A DNA stretch of 64,000 bases from Laetmonice hystrix (Eukaryota). The translations under genes and the position numbers were made by a program. The notes beneath the pieces were generated by a model. The model saw only the letters and a program-made list of their open reading frames with translations. It was not told where the DNA came from and made no database searches. Shown piece after piece: positions 27,123-38,596 of the stretch (positions are counted from its first letter, which is position 1; each line of letters opens with the position of its first letter). The DNA lies in NCBI GenBank assembly GCA_965235115.1, contig OZ249443.1:14694001-14758000 (forward strand), in the 5' to 3' direction.

Positions 27123-28336
27123 CTGAAGGAGAACGCCTGTGTTAACGAGCCGACCTACAGACTATACTGAACGGTTAACCGTGCACCTGCTGCACACAGA
27201 GAAACGTTAACATAAACTCTACCAATTATAACCACAGACCACCACAACAGGTGCTTTCTACGCCAATCAGCCCACAATGTGCCGCCTTTAGGGGCTAATC
27301 TTGTCGGTAATGTTTACACGTTCCTTTCCGTAATTGTTCGGTGATGATTCCGTATTTTGTTCTTATATTATCAGTGAGATGACAATGGGTTCATGGCCGA
27401 CAGCGATCTGACCACGAGCTGGCCTTTGATGTCATGGAGACGGGAGTACCGCTCGCGGGGTGAAAGTGGGCATTGTGACTGCCGATATATATACCGTACG
27501 TCATTGTCAAGATATGTTAGAATACAGAGTCAGCATGCACGAACTCTGTATGATCTATGCCACTATGCCTAAAGTGCTGAACCCACCAAGGCGATTCCCC
27601 TTGCGGCGCCCATGCGATTTTGACATCACCCTTTTATTTTACTGTAATTTTGAGATTAAAGTATGGAACCCATTTCCTCAAACGGAGAAGGCCAGCCAGG
27701 AAGAATTTCAGAGTGAAATTCCACCATTAAATCAAAAACCGCATGGCCGTCGCAAGGGGAATCGCCTTGGTGGGTTCAGCACTTAACATTACACACCTAT
27801 ATCACATAGGCCTACTATACTGTACAGGAGAGTTAGTCCCATTGTAATAAGTTACGACAAAGTTCATATAAAACATTGAATCGGGCATATTTTCCATGGC
27901 CTCCATATTTGAAATTGCCTAGTTTTTCCCCCGGGATTTCCAGAACCCATGAGAACATGAAGCAGCTTGAACCCCCTCTCAATATTCTCTATTTATAAAA
28001 TAAAAACTTTGTTTCACTGCGGAATTCATCTTGTAATACAATCGCTTCCCACTGCTTTAGATTTAAATAGGTACATGTGTGTACTTTACAGCAATAGATC
28101 TAATACCACCAAAATGGTTTTATTCAACTCTCTGTAAGATTCAAAAACATAGGCATATGTATTGTACAGTTATAACGACAGCTCCAAAGCACGGCTAATT
28201 CAGTTAGGTTCGTTCCGGACATAAATATTCCTCTAACCCCACTCTGACTGGGACGACGGGGGGGGGGGGGAGTCGTCACGGCCGGCCATTCTCACCGGCA
28301 CTTAAATCTCTGCCGAGCCCAGCCAGAGCGGGATAG

Positions 28337-29357
28337 TCCCTGGCGCCATCTCTCGACAATGATAGGAACTACCTACAAACCCCTGGCGCCATCTGACGAT
28401 AGCTATAGGAACTGAACAACCCCTGGCGCCATCTGACGATAGCTATAGGAACTACACAACCCCTGGCGCCATCTGACGATAGCTATAGGAACTGTACAAC
28501 CCCTGGCGCCATCTGACGATAATGATAGGAACTACCTACAAACCCCTGGCGCCATCTGACGATAGCTATAGGAACTACACAACCCCTGGCGCCATCTGAC
28601 GATAATGATAGGAACTACCTACAAACCCCTGGCGCCATCTGACGATAATGATAGGAACAACCTACAAACCCCTGGCGCCATCTGACGATAGCTATAGGAA
28701 CTACACAACCCCTGGCGCCATCTGACGATAATGATAGGAACTACCCACAAACCCCTGGCGCCATCTGACGATAGCTATAGGAACTGTACAACCCCTGGCG
28801 CCATCTGACGATAATGATAGGAACTACCCACAAACCCCTGGCGCCATCTGACGATAGCTATAGGAACTACACAACCCCTGGCGCCATCTGACGATAATGA
28901 TAGGAACTACCCACAAACCCCTGGCGCCATCTGACGATAGCTATAGGAACTACACAACCCCTGGCGCCATCTGACGATAATGATAGGAACTACCTACAAA
29001 CCCCTGGCGCCATCTGACGATAGCTATAGGAACTACACAACCCCTGGCGCCATCTGACGATAATGATAGGAACTACCTACAAACCCCTGGCGCCATCTGA
29101 CGATAGCTATAGGAACTGTACAACCCCTGGCGCCATCTGACGATAATGATAGGAACTACCTACAAACCCCTGGCGCCATCTGACGATAGCTATAGGAACT
29201 ACACAACCCCTGGCGCCATCTGACGATAATGATAGGAACTATCTACAAACCCCTGGCGCCATCTGACGATAGCTATAGGAACTACACAACCCCTGGCGCC
29301 ATCTGACGATAATGATAGGAACTACCTACGCAACCACTGGCACTATCTGACGATAAC
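28337..29357. repeat. Higher-order minisatellite: 40 bp (A) and 43 bp (B) units, 23 intact copies plus degenerate end units
   Basis: Constant cccctggcgccatctgacgata; A = +gctataggaactacacaa, B = +atgataggaactacctacaaa; strict A-B alternation (83 bp dimer x8) from 28669 to 29332. Confidence 0.98.
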
Positions 29358-29403
29358 GTACAGGTGATAATAATAGTGCAACCAGAAAATAGTGATTACT
29401 GAC

Positions 29404-29653
29404 CTCTAGTTCCGACCCTTCCGATAGATGGCACTAATGTTTGGAGATCGTCATCGAAGTTTGTTTCCAGTGCCATCAACCGAACGTGCTTGACGACTTC
29501 ATTCTCCTTACTGCTCTCCACTTCTGGTAGGGGGCGCTTCACGGGCGTGCGTGGCACTGCGGTACTTGTCGCTAGGTGGCGCCTCTGTAGCGTACCATCA
29601 GCCTGAACCGATCTCTTCACTTTCTTAGCAGTCACTCCGCACAACATAGCGTC
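29404..29653 (-). CDS. Candidate coding exon (250 nt), unidentified protein
   Basis: Strong acceptor aatttttcattccAG, donor gag|GTcagt, open frame DAMLCGVTAKKVKRSVQADGTLQRRHLATSTAVPRTPVKRPLPEVESSKENEVVKHVRLMALETNFDDDLQTLVPSIGRVGTR; no domain recognised. Confidence 0.4.
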
Positions 29654-29978
29654 CTGGAATGAAAAATTATATTGAAATTTGTGCTTTAACCATAAAATTG
29701 TGACTAAAGCCTGCTACATGGTGAGTTCCAAGAAGACGTAGGCCTAACACTTGTCTGCGTTGGCTGAAATTCTAGGCCACGTTCCCTTTGGAACTCGAAC
29801 GTCAATCACCTTTTCTTTTAAACCACAAACCTGGTTGTCGTCAGTATTAGAAAAAAGCTGTCAATGTTTTTTACGAACTGCTGCGACCAGAAAACAAGAG
29901 TGAGGGTTAGAGAACTAATGACTGCCGTACCGCGAAGGTCAGGTTGTGCTTTGGTCACGTGAACACCAGGTGGCAGCA
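29524..29978 (+). promoter_or_regulatory. Three plus-strand CTCF-like motifs
   Basis: CTGGTAGGGGGCG (29524), TCGCTAGGTGGCG (29569), ACACCAGGTGGCA (29963); each 12/13 to the core. Two overlap the candidate exon. Confidence 0.4.
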
Positions 29979-30516
29979 CTGGAGCGACCTTAGGGAAACC
30001 TGAGACACCACCTGGTGTCCAGTAAAGAACTAAAGTGCAGGAAGTCGATCGCCGACTGAAAACTGCTTCATTCAACAAATTTCGGAGCACAGACCTATAT
30101 TTGTCGCTCTATAAAAGATCGTTGTTTCATTGAACAATATCGATTTAGGATTTATTTATATCCGAGTAATTGAATTATTTGAAATAACAACAGCTGTTAG
30201 GAGCGGAGTAAATCTCTTCGTAAACAGAACTACCGCTGTACCGAGATCGGTTTAAATGCAGTGTTTTAACAGGGTTAAAGAAACCACTGCTGCTAAAATA
30301 TTGACCTAGCTTAACGGAAAACAATGCAATAAAACACAAAGACGCCGCCGTGCTCGTGGTGGACAATTATAATTTGTCAATGAGTGAACCGGTTCTATGA
30401 GACTAATCTCGTTCAAAACGAGATTTCGTTCGTTTGTTCTCAGTGCACCATTGAGATCCATTTCTCTAATTAACTTCTCGTGGACTGACTGTTGTCACCA
30501 CATTCACTGAGTGTGA

Positions 30517-30542
30517 GCCGCCATGTTCTGATACACTTTGAA
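30517..30542 (-). promoter_or_regulatory. YY1-type motif with adjacent TTTGAA; possible 5' end of a minus-strand transcript
   Basis: GCCGCCATGTT at 30517-30527 (minus strand AACATGGCGGC); TTTGAA at 30537-30542. Motif match only. Confidence 0.3.
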
Positions 30543-31041
30543 TTACAGACTAATTAACTTGACACAATCAATATTGACTTCTGCTGGAGTGACTATAAAA
30601 GGTGGGTGAATCAAACTCTACCGATAAGGAGAAACACAAACTTATACCACTCTACAGCTGTGTTATTGCTCACTAACTGAAAATTAACCATTCCTTATTT
30701 ACTGTAATAACAGGATTGATACACCGACACGTAGGCCTACGTTTGACTGCCCAGTAGGCCTATGTATCCAATTAGGCCTACTTCTTAATAATGCAGCAAG
30801 ATGATATTTCGGATTTCTAATCACTTCGACACTTCGATTTCTGCAAAACATATATAAATTTACTGCAATCATAATGTAACAGCAGTCAATACAATGACCA
30901 CGTGAGTTAGATCACAGCATAATCACATTTCGACAGTGACAATAGTGTGATTAATTCAAGGAGGTGACAAGTTTAAATCACACCCGTGATTACTTTACAC
31001 CTCGGTCTGCCTGACGACAGAGTGGTGACTCCGATAGTACC

Positions 31042-31284
31042 TGAGTTGTACATATTGACGTCTCGTAACGGCATGCCTTATATACACACTCGTCCACTTC
31101 TATAACCAATCACAGGGCTCCATACATGAGTTGTACATATTGACGTCTCGTAACGGCATGCCTTATATACACACTCGTCCACTTCTAACCAATCACAGGG
31201 CTCCATACATGAGTTGTACATATTGACGTCTCGTAACGGCATGCCTTATATACACACTCGTCCACTTCTAACCAATCACAGGGC
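31042..31284. repeat. Triplicated 83-85 bp unit containing CRE-like and CCAAT motifs
   Basis: Three near-identical copies starting at 31042, 31127 and 31210; they differ only by a TA indel until the end of copy 3. TGACGT at 31056/31141/31224; aacCAATcacag at 31104/31187/31270. Confidence 0.97.
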
Positions 31285-32776
31285 CCCGTGTGTACATATC
31301 GCCACACACTGATGCACACACTTGAGGAGCTCTAGGTAACTGAAGGGATACAATTATCCCATCAAGTAAAACCCTTAACTGGTACAATTGATCTCATAGC
31401 AAACAGCGAGACATCATTATCTCCCAACCTGAGCCACACAACTGGGCAACCATGTTTACTGAGCGCTCGTAGAATATCCCAACAAACCGTAATCTACTCG
31501 TTATCAGAATCCCAAGCTTGAGGAACGATTGGTGACATTGGATACACCTAGTCTGCTTGGTATAGGTCTACTTCTGAGGTTTAACTAATGGAAAATATCG
31601 GTAAATACGTCACGGAGTAGGTCCTATCTTTTGAATACCTTAAATTAAACTCTCCTGCGATAACCCCGTAGAAGTATTTCTATAACCTAAAACCTAAAAT
31701 CCAACAGCAATCTCATTTTTCACTCGAATACATGTGTACAAACATGTATATCAATAAATATGAACAGGACTAAATCTTCGTACAATCGGATTAATGGCCT
31801 AAGTTCAAAAGTGTTTGATGCCATCAACACAATGATTCTTCCTTACCTGTCTATCAGTTTGCTGTCGTCGGGTACTGAGAACAGTTTCCGACGAAAACAC
31901 AAACCTACAAATCTGACGAGTGATCATCTGTGTGCTCCGAGCAGACCTCAACATCCTGATCCAACTATTTCTCGTTCTTGTCATTGACCTTTCAAAGAGG
32001 CGTTCCATCTTTATAATTCCCCCACCTAACCTCCTTCAGTCAGCTAACAGTACGGTGTTTGGGACGGCCTGAAGTTCCCCACTGACCAAGTCTGCGGTTC
32101 CCTGTTTTTATACACGTTGACTAACGCCTACCTGTTTGCGGGGCTGCTGAAATTCTCCCTGACACATGGTTGTAATGTGGTGAATGTTGTCAAAATCCTG
32201 AAATGCTCCCTCGGTTGGTAAAATAACTTTGGATTCCGTCGACGTATACTGAACGCGTTGTGAGTTAATCCATGTATGACATGGAGTAGTTCTACAAGAT
32301 TGTGATGTCCTCTGTCCAGGACAATAACTACCGACCTTGGGATCACAACTGGATGTCCTTCCTCGCGGGAAGTCCTCTTTTATACGTCAAGCGTTCGCTG
32401 AGAGGTACACTCAGGGAGTGGGTTCCCATCACCAAGCTGTTCACCAGTCCTTACCGGCCATTGGCTCATGTCACTCGGGATAAAACAATTGTTTTGGCGC
32501 CGAGCCAGATATTCAACGCTAGCAGACATCGTCATGAGCGACGGAGGCGACAAGTATCGTGACGGTCATTTTGCCAGGGGGGGCAGGGTGAGGATTATTG
32601 GGTTAAAAAGTTACCCCACCGGTGGTGAAATACGACTGACCAATCCTCAGCGTTGTATTATTCCAATAAAAAATGTATATATAAATAAAGGGGACGTTAA
32701 TTATAATTTCTTATTCCTGGAATCATGACAATACATTCTATTTTTCTGTAAAGAAAGTTATTTTACTTAGGCCTAC

Positions 32777-32957
32777 AGGTTATTCCCCCATGGTAACTTC
32801 CACACAAAACTTTTGAGTAGGGGTTCGGGTTAAGGTCAGGGATAGGGATATGTTTCTGGGAGGTGTAGGGACTAGGGTTAGGGATAACGTCAGGGCTATG
32901 GATCTTTAAACTTTCGACTAAATTTCGTGGGGTTTAAGTTGCCACGGGGATGTACCT
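32777..32957. mobile_element. MITE-like element with imperfect terminal inverted repeats and degenerate GGGTTA-like interior
   Basis: Left end aggttattcccccatggtaactt versus reverse complement of the right end aggtacatccccgtggcaactt (12/14 over the cccc..aactt core); no clear TSD. Confidence 0.5.
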
Positions 32958-33793
32958 ACTATACTGTAAATTGGTACGTTTATTATACAAGAATATCATT
33001 AATAGTTTCCACCGTTAGGATTTCTCCACCCCGAGCAAGAATGGACCAGTTGTTTCCCTCGCCGTGCGGCATGCGCGACGCCGCGCGATAGCGTACGTCG
33101 CGCTGCGTGACGCTGTCTCCGCCCGGCTGTCTGTATTGTCACGTGGGATTAGCTCACCTGCCACACCTCTAAATCCACTAATCCACTAGCTTTACATTGT
33201 AACCAATTCCCATGTGTACCCCCGCTTGTGTTCTGCTCCCCGGTACCGCTGTGAAGTCCCCCCATCCCATTATCTGTGAACAAATTGAGCTTGTAATCTG
33301 TTCATTCATTAAAACAATATTTGACATGTCCGTAGTGTCGTAACTGACTTGGTTTGCTATATTCCGACCATCTCCCAGACATGGCGGCACTGAGGTAGGG
33401 ACATTCTCGGGGAGGACAGACGAGAAGTCAGTGACAGCTACCTCAGTCAAGGAATATTCCGTCTGTAACAGTGGGGAGTGGCGACAGGTCGATCTCACTT
33501 AGTACAATATGACAAACATATGTACACATGTTTATCTTCGAGATCTTAAACGGATAAACTTCTCTTGTTTGCTAACACGGCAACTGTCACAACATCATGG
33601 TACGCTTCATCGTAATCATAAGTGGCGCGGAGCGTAAAACTGATTGGGGCGGGGGGGGATGTCTAACTGACGAATTGTTTCTGAAGGATGGTGTATATGG
33701 ACAGCTGGAATGGACAGATGAAACGAACGAAGAAAGACGTCGGGAAGCAGTTGAAGGGTGAAGGAATCCCTAACTAGGAGAAACAAGGGCGGC

Positions 33794-33817
33794 AAGAAGA
33801 AGAAGAAGAAGAAGAAG
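33794..33817. repeat. (AAG)8 microsatellite
   Basis: Direct reading. Confidence 0.95.
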
Positions 33818-34336
33818 ATCATCGCATGGGTCGAGCAAGGAATCTTTCTCCTTTTTTTGGGGGGGGGCTAACCAAAGGCATCTCAGTTCCTAACTGCCGA
33901 TCAACGGGTCAAAAATTATATGTGAAAATACGAAATCTTACAGCAGCACGATTGAATGTATATATTCTATGGTCCGGTCTTTTGTCTCCCTGGATACTAA
34001 TGGATTCTAATAAGTATACAGGAACGCGCACTTGCCAAGGTCACACCTTCGGTTCTCACTGCCAAGGTGTGAGGCCCAGCAAGGGTGCGGCTGAAGGTGT
34101 TTCACCCTACCGGGGGCACTAACTTTCACACCCTGTTCTAACACCCGTTACACGTAGAAGCGTCTGATTCACCGGGGTGAGCACGGGGTGGGGGTGGGGG
34201 TGGAGTGTGACTGTACGGATGTCTGCCCGTGGTGACAGGACGAAAAGAGAAATGTGTGGGCTAGATCCACAACAGTCCCTCAAATATTTACCTATGATTT
34301 TCTCCCGAAATCCTTCTAAAGAAGTAGTGGGGCTCA

Positions 34337-34359
34337 CCCCCCCCCCCCCCCCCCCCCCC
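34337..34359. repeat. C23 homopolymer
   Basis: Direct reading; longest homopolymer in the window. Confidence 0.95.
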
Positions 34360-35892
34360 GCTGACGAGTGGTTGAGCTGAATGTATTGTATCAATCAATG
34401 AGAAATCACAGCTTTCCGACCCAACTCTTGATCTCCTGTTTTATGCCTCTCATGTCAGAGGCAGTATTTGTTTGATGAATCGACCTCATAAATCCGACCT
34501 GGACATCAATACTGATATCTGTCGGACACTGACTGGCTCAATTGACAAGAGAAATCCCCAGAAAAAATATCATATAAACATCACATCTCTACAAGAGAAT
34601 TCAGCCTGCGAACTTACCCTCCAGGAGCGTCGGTCGATCCCATTCTTCGCCTGATAAAACGACATGGCGAGCGATCGTCGCGGCGACTGTTTGACCGGTT
34701 TCACACAACCTGCCATCGTCTCAAACTCTTCCACCACCAGCACCACTCACAGACTGTCACTGACACAAACCACCGGCCTGGCTCCCGTATATAAACCTTG
34801 TCCTGATGTCCACACGAGGCCACCAGTAAACCAATGATGAGTCCTTATTGCGGGTTGTGAGAGGACTTAAGTTCTCGTAACGTCAGAACACGACAAGTCT
34901 GTGTGGTGGCAGTCAGAGTAGAGTAGCAGTGCTTACTGGGCGGGGTCGTCTGTCTAACTGATGCCACCTCGAGTAGGCGGATTAGTGGCAGTCTTAGGGG
35001 GTATATACCCCGTGCTACTGGAGGCTGATGAACATAGCAACCCCCTGGGGGGTAATCGGCCGAGGGGTGCTCTTCCACCCGTCCGTCCTGGTACCCGCCC
35101 TGAATTAGGACTACAACTCTCCTGTGTATATTGCGTATTCCTAAGTAGATATTGCATCGCGAGTGTCTACTCGTCAATATGGGCTGGTGATAAGAATGCA
35201 AGGGGGAGGCGTTTTTAAAAACGTCACATCTGTTCTTCGACCAAACCCAACTGTCTGTGACAGTATTAGTAATTAAACCACTCGGGGAAAAAAATCACAT
35301 ATTCTAACTTATAATAGAAACTTATATGATATCTTAGTCAATCTTAGTCTTAGTATATAGTCAATATACCTGCCCAACTGTTGCATAGTATATATAAAAA
35401 TATCAAATGTGGTGTCTGACTTCAAGCCGACAATCTAGTAGGAGCAAATATGGGTAACGGTATTTGACTTAATGATATAGTCAAGATTAAACATCCTTGG
35501 CATCGTTATTTCCCCTGCCGAGAGGGTCTTCTCCTAGCAAAGGCAGATTTAGCGGGTTCCATCTCCACCGTATTCCCGACATATCATTAATATCATACTG
35601 TATAGCCAGCCGTACGTTTATACACAAATTATTATTATTATTTATTTAAAATTATATTATTTTTAGACGATTTTAGCAAGATCGATATACATGGTAGCTT
35701 CTAGAATGGCAAATAAACACATTTGTATATATTTTACATTTAACATTACCTTAAATGAATAATCTGCCTTGAGTAGATATAATAATATTTATTCAGTACT
35801 TTTATCAGGAATTAATCTATGTTTCCACAATGACAAATCTCGTATCTGCACGTATGAGTCTTACAGAAATGTTCAAATATTGGAATTTTCTC

Positions 35893-35944
35893 GAAAAATA
35901 TAGGAATTTATAGGATGGAAAGAAAAATATAGGAATTTATAGGA
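35893..35944. repeat. 23 bp perfect direct repeat, period 29 bp
   Basis: gaaaaatataggaatttatagga at 35893-35915 and 35922-35944. Confidence 0.9.
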
Positions 35945-37440
35945 AACTACATAGAGTGTGGGGCACCTTGTATTGACTATTCAACCCCTGCCTCTCTACT
36001 GTAAATGTTTGATTCATCATTGTCAGGTTTATATAACTGAGTGAGGAAAACTCATGACTTCCTCATGACTTCATGCATGTAATCAGGCCTATAACGAAAC
36101 TGGCCCTTAGGTGTGAGGTTTACAAAACCACCAGTAACACCAGACAACGAACGTTCCGGGGGTTCAATGCCTTCCATAACCTTGACAGCAGTGAAACTTT
36201 CAAGAGGGAGGGGCCCTAGAACCCCCCTGCTGAGATACCAAAATGGATTTCCACCCCGTACCCTCTCCACCATTATCAGTACCCCTCCAAAGTGAGAGGG
36301 TACATCTAACATTGACGCAACCCTGGTGTCAGAAAACAAGGCAACGTGCCACTCGAGCGACAAGCACCTGTCAACGCGCCCGTCAACTCCTTCAACATGT
36401 CCGAACCGACGGGTGCGCACAGGAGCTCCACTAGGTGGAGCCACTTGTGTGTTAAATGTCGCACACTGACACTTTACGGACAATCGTAGCAGATGATTCT
36501 CGCTTCCCGCCCTGAAAAATTGCCTGGAATATCAGTACTCAACTGGAAGTAAGATTACTTAAGATGCAAATTGCGCAAATACTGGTTTCCCCAATTTAAA
36601 AAGATCGGTGAAAGTTCTGAAAGCTGTATCTGGATTGGCCGTCGTGCTGAACTGATTCAATCTGTTCCAGGGAGCACGCCTTAGATGGGCGTGCAGCCTG
36701 GTACACTTAGAAATATATAATAAAAGAGAGCCTGGCTTCCTTTGAACGACATGGGGACTCGTGTGAAAGGTTGTTATAAATCGTCAAGGAGAACTGGTCA
36801 AACCACCTTACTTCTATCAACGACTTGGTAACGGAAGCGTTATGGACTCATACAAAACTCGTTACAAAATCCTGTCACAAATTATCTGTTTACTCCAGCT
36901 AATGATCTGTGTATGTAAGATAATTATCTGCTCAACTCGCACTCCTGGCCCACCACTGCTGATTCCGTAATTAATATAATTAATTAATTACAGAGCTCTG
37001 ACTGCATGTTGAGTAAGGAGTTGCGTTAGTTAGCGGGTGTGCGTTACGTAACGATGTCAGTCTACCTGTTTCTCCCGTGACCGTCAGCGGTCGTTAATAA
37101 ATCAACGCTAGTCTGACGAACTACATTTTCTAATGACAACATTATCATAACTGACATTTTTTGCAGGGGTTTGGACACGTGGTAATAATATTGACTGAGT
37201 GCTGGCAGGTACCCGTGGTTAACAATGTCCCCGTGTACGTTGTTATGATACGTACGTAATAATGGTGGGTGGTTACTCAGTAACCATTAACAGGCCTCTG
37301 GCACCGCGGGTCTATCAAAATGACTGTTAAATATCAAGTCTATGCCCCCTCCGGAAGGTGTGTTCATTCAGTATCTATTAGAAACAGACCTCCATGCACC
37401 GCGCGTCATTCAAAATGGTTGTGGAATGTTAGGTCCAGAC

Positions 37441-38596
37441 CCCCTAGGTGGCGCTGTTCGCAGACGCTAGTTCTACAACTCCATCTCCTCACTTTTGTGA
37501 TACTGGCATATCACGTAGTTCTTTGGCACATTTCCGACTATATTATAACTACAAATCAACCCTATAATTTATTATAGAAATCTATAAATCTCTTTCAGGC
37601 CCTGGCAAACCACCTATGCTGCAGGACTAAGTTAGATTTCACCGGAAATGGCCGTATTTCCCTCGTATCCAACCAACACCAAGTCGTAAAGCCCGCCAAT
37701 ATTCAAATACTTCTTTGTAAAAATCAAATCTCTCTGCTCGATACACTTCATGAACAGACAGGTTCCCACTACGTCACACTTTCTCATTAAAACATCGGCT
37801 GAAACCCCATGACGGGGTAAACACCCTCTCAGGTACACCTTGGGGTACAGAGCGTTACCCCTATGACAGCCTCACCCCTACCCTGCCACCAACTCCTGCC
37901 AACAGAACATAACCTAACACCCCCAATAAATACCCCAATGACGTACACTTGTATATTTCCCACCCGTTCTATACACCTCTCGGGCGGGTAGAGTGCAGGG
38001 GGTTCTATAAGACTTAAGTGCCCCTTCTACCCCTTCCACGACCCCCCAAAGATGTACCCTTACAGTGGATTACGTAAACTGACCACGACACTTACGGTTT
38101 CAGCGTCAGTGACAGATGCCTACAGCGACGACTGTCTCCTTCCACCACTAGGTGGCACTGCCAGTATCATATTTAAACATATCTGCCAAATAAACCTTTT
38201 TGCTCCCATTATTGTGGAAGTATTGTCAGGGTTATTTATATAACTGATTTATGAACTAGGCGTTTGTGATTACAAGGTAATTCAGATTGTCAACATTAGG
38301 CTATGGCTTAAATTATTGGGAATTAGCAAGTTCGCGTCCTCGACATGTGTGTAGGCCCCCTATAGTTGTTAAAGTTAACTTGTTAAAGTATAGCTATTTA
38401 CTACTGTTGGTTGGTTAATACTAATCAAATCTTGACCTGGTGGCATGATACTACATTATTCTTTCTGACTGTGCCCTGGACGGACGACCATACCTACAGC
38501 GGCATGCCACTTTGCGTGAGAATTGTTTAATCAACCGGCGGGACAATGACAATGTATGACGAGTTTTAGTTACCGTGTTCGCCACCAGGTGGCAGC
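37441..38596 (+). promoter_or_regulatory. Three co-oriented CTCF-type motifs
   Basis: CCCCTAGGTGGCG (37441, 12/13), CCACTAGGTGGCA (38145, 13/13), CCACCAGGTGGCA (38582, 13/13). Confidence 0.55.

Noticed and set aside
28337-29357. CRISPR array (constant 22 bp block with variable intervening sequence)
   Set aside because: The intervening parts are only two related variants rather than unique spacers, they are too short, there are no cas genes, and the context is eukaryotic.
36052-36483. GFVNLTPKGQFRYRPD resembling a bacterial cadherin-like/Ig repeat motif
   Set aside because: A single short resemblance; the rest of the ORF does not fit and the context is eukaryotic non-coding DNA.
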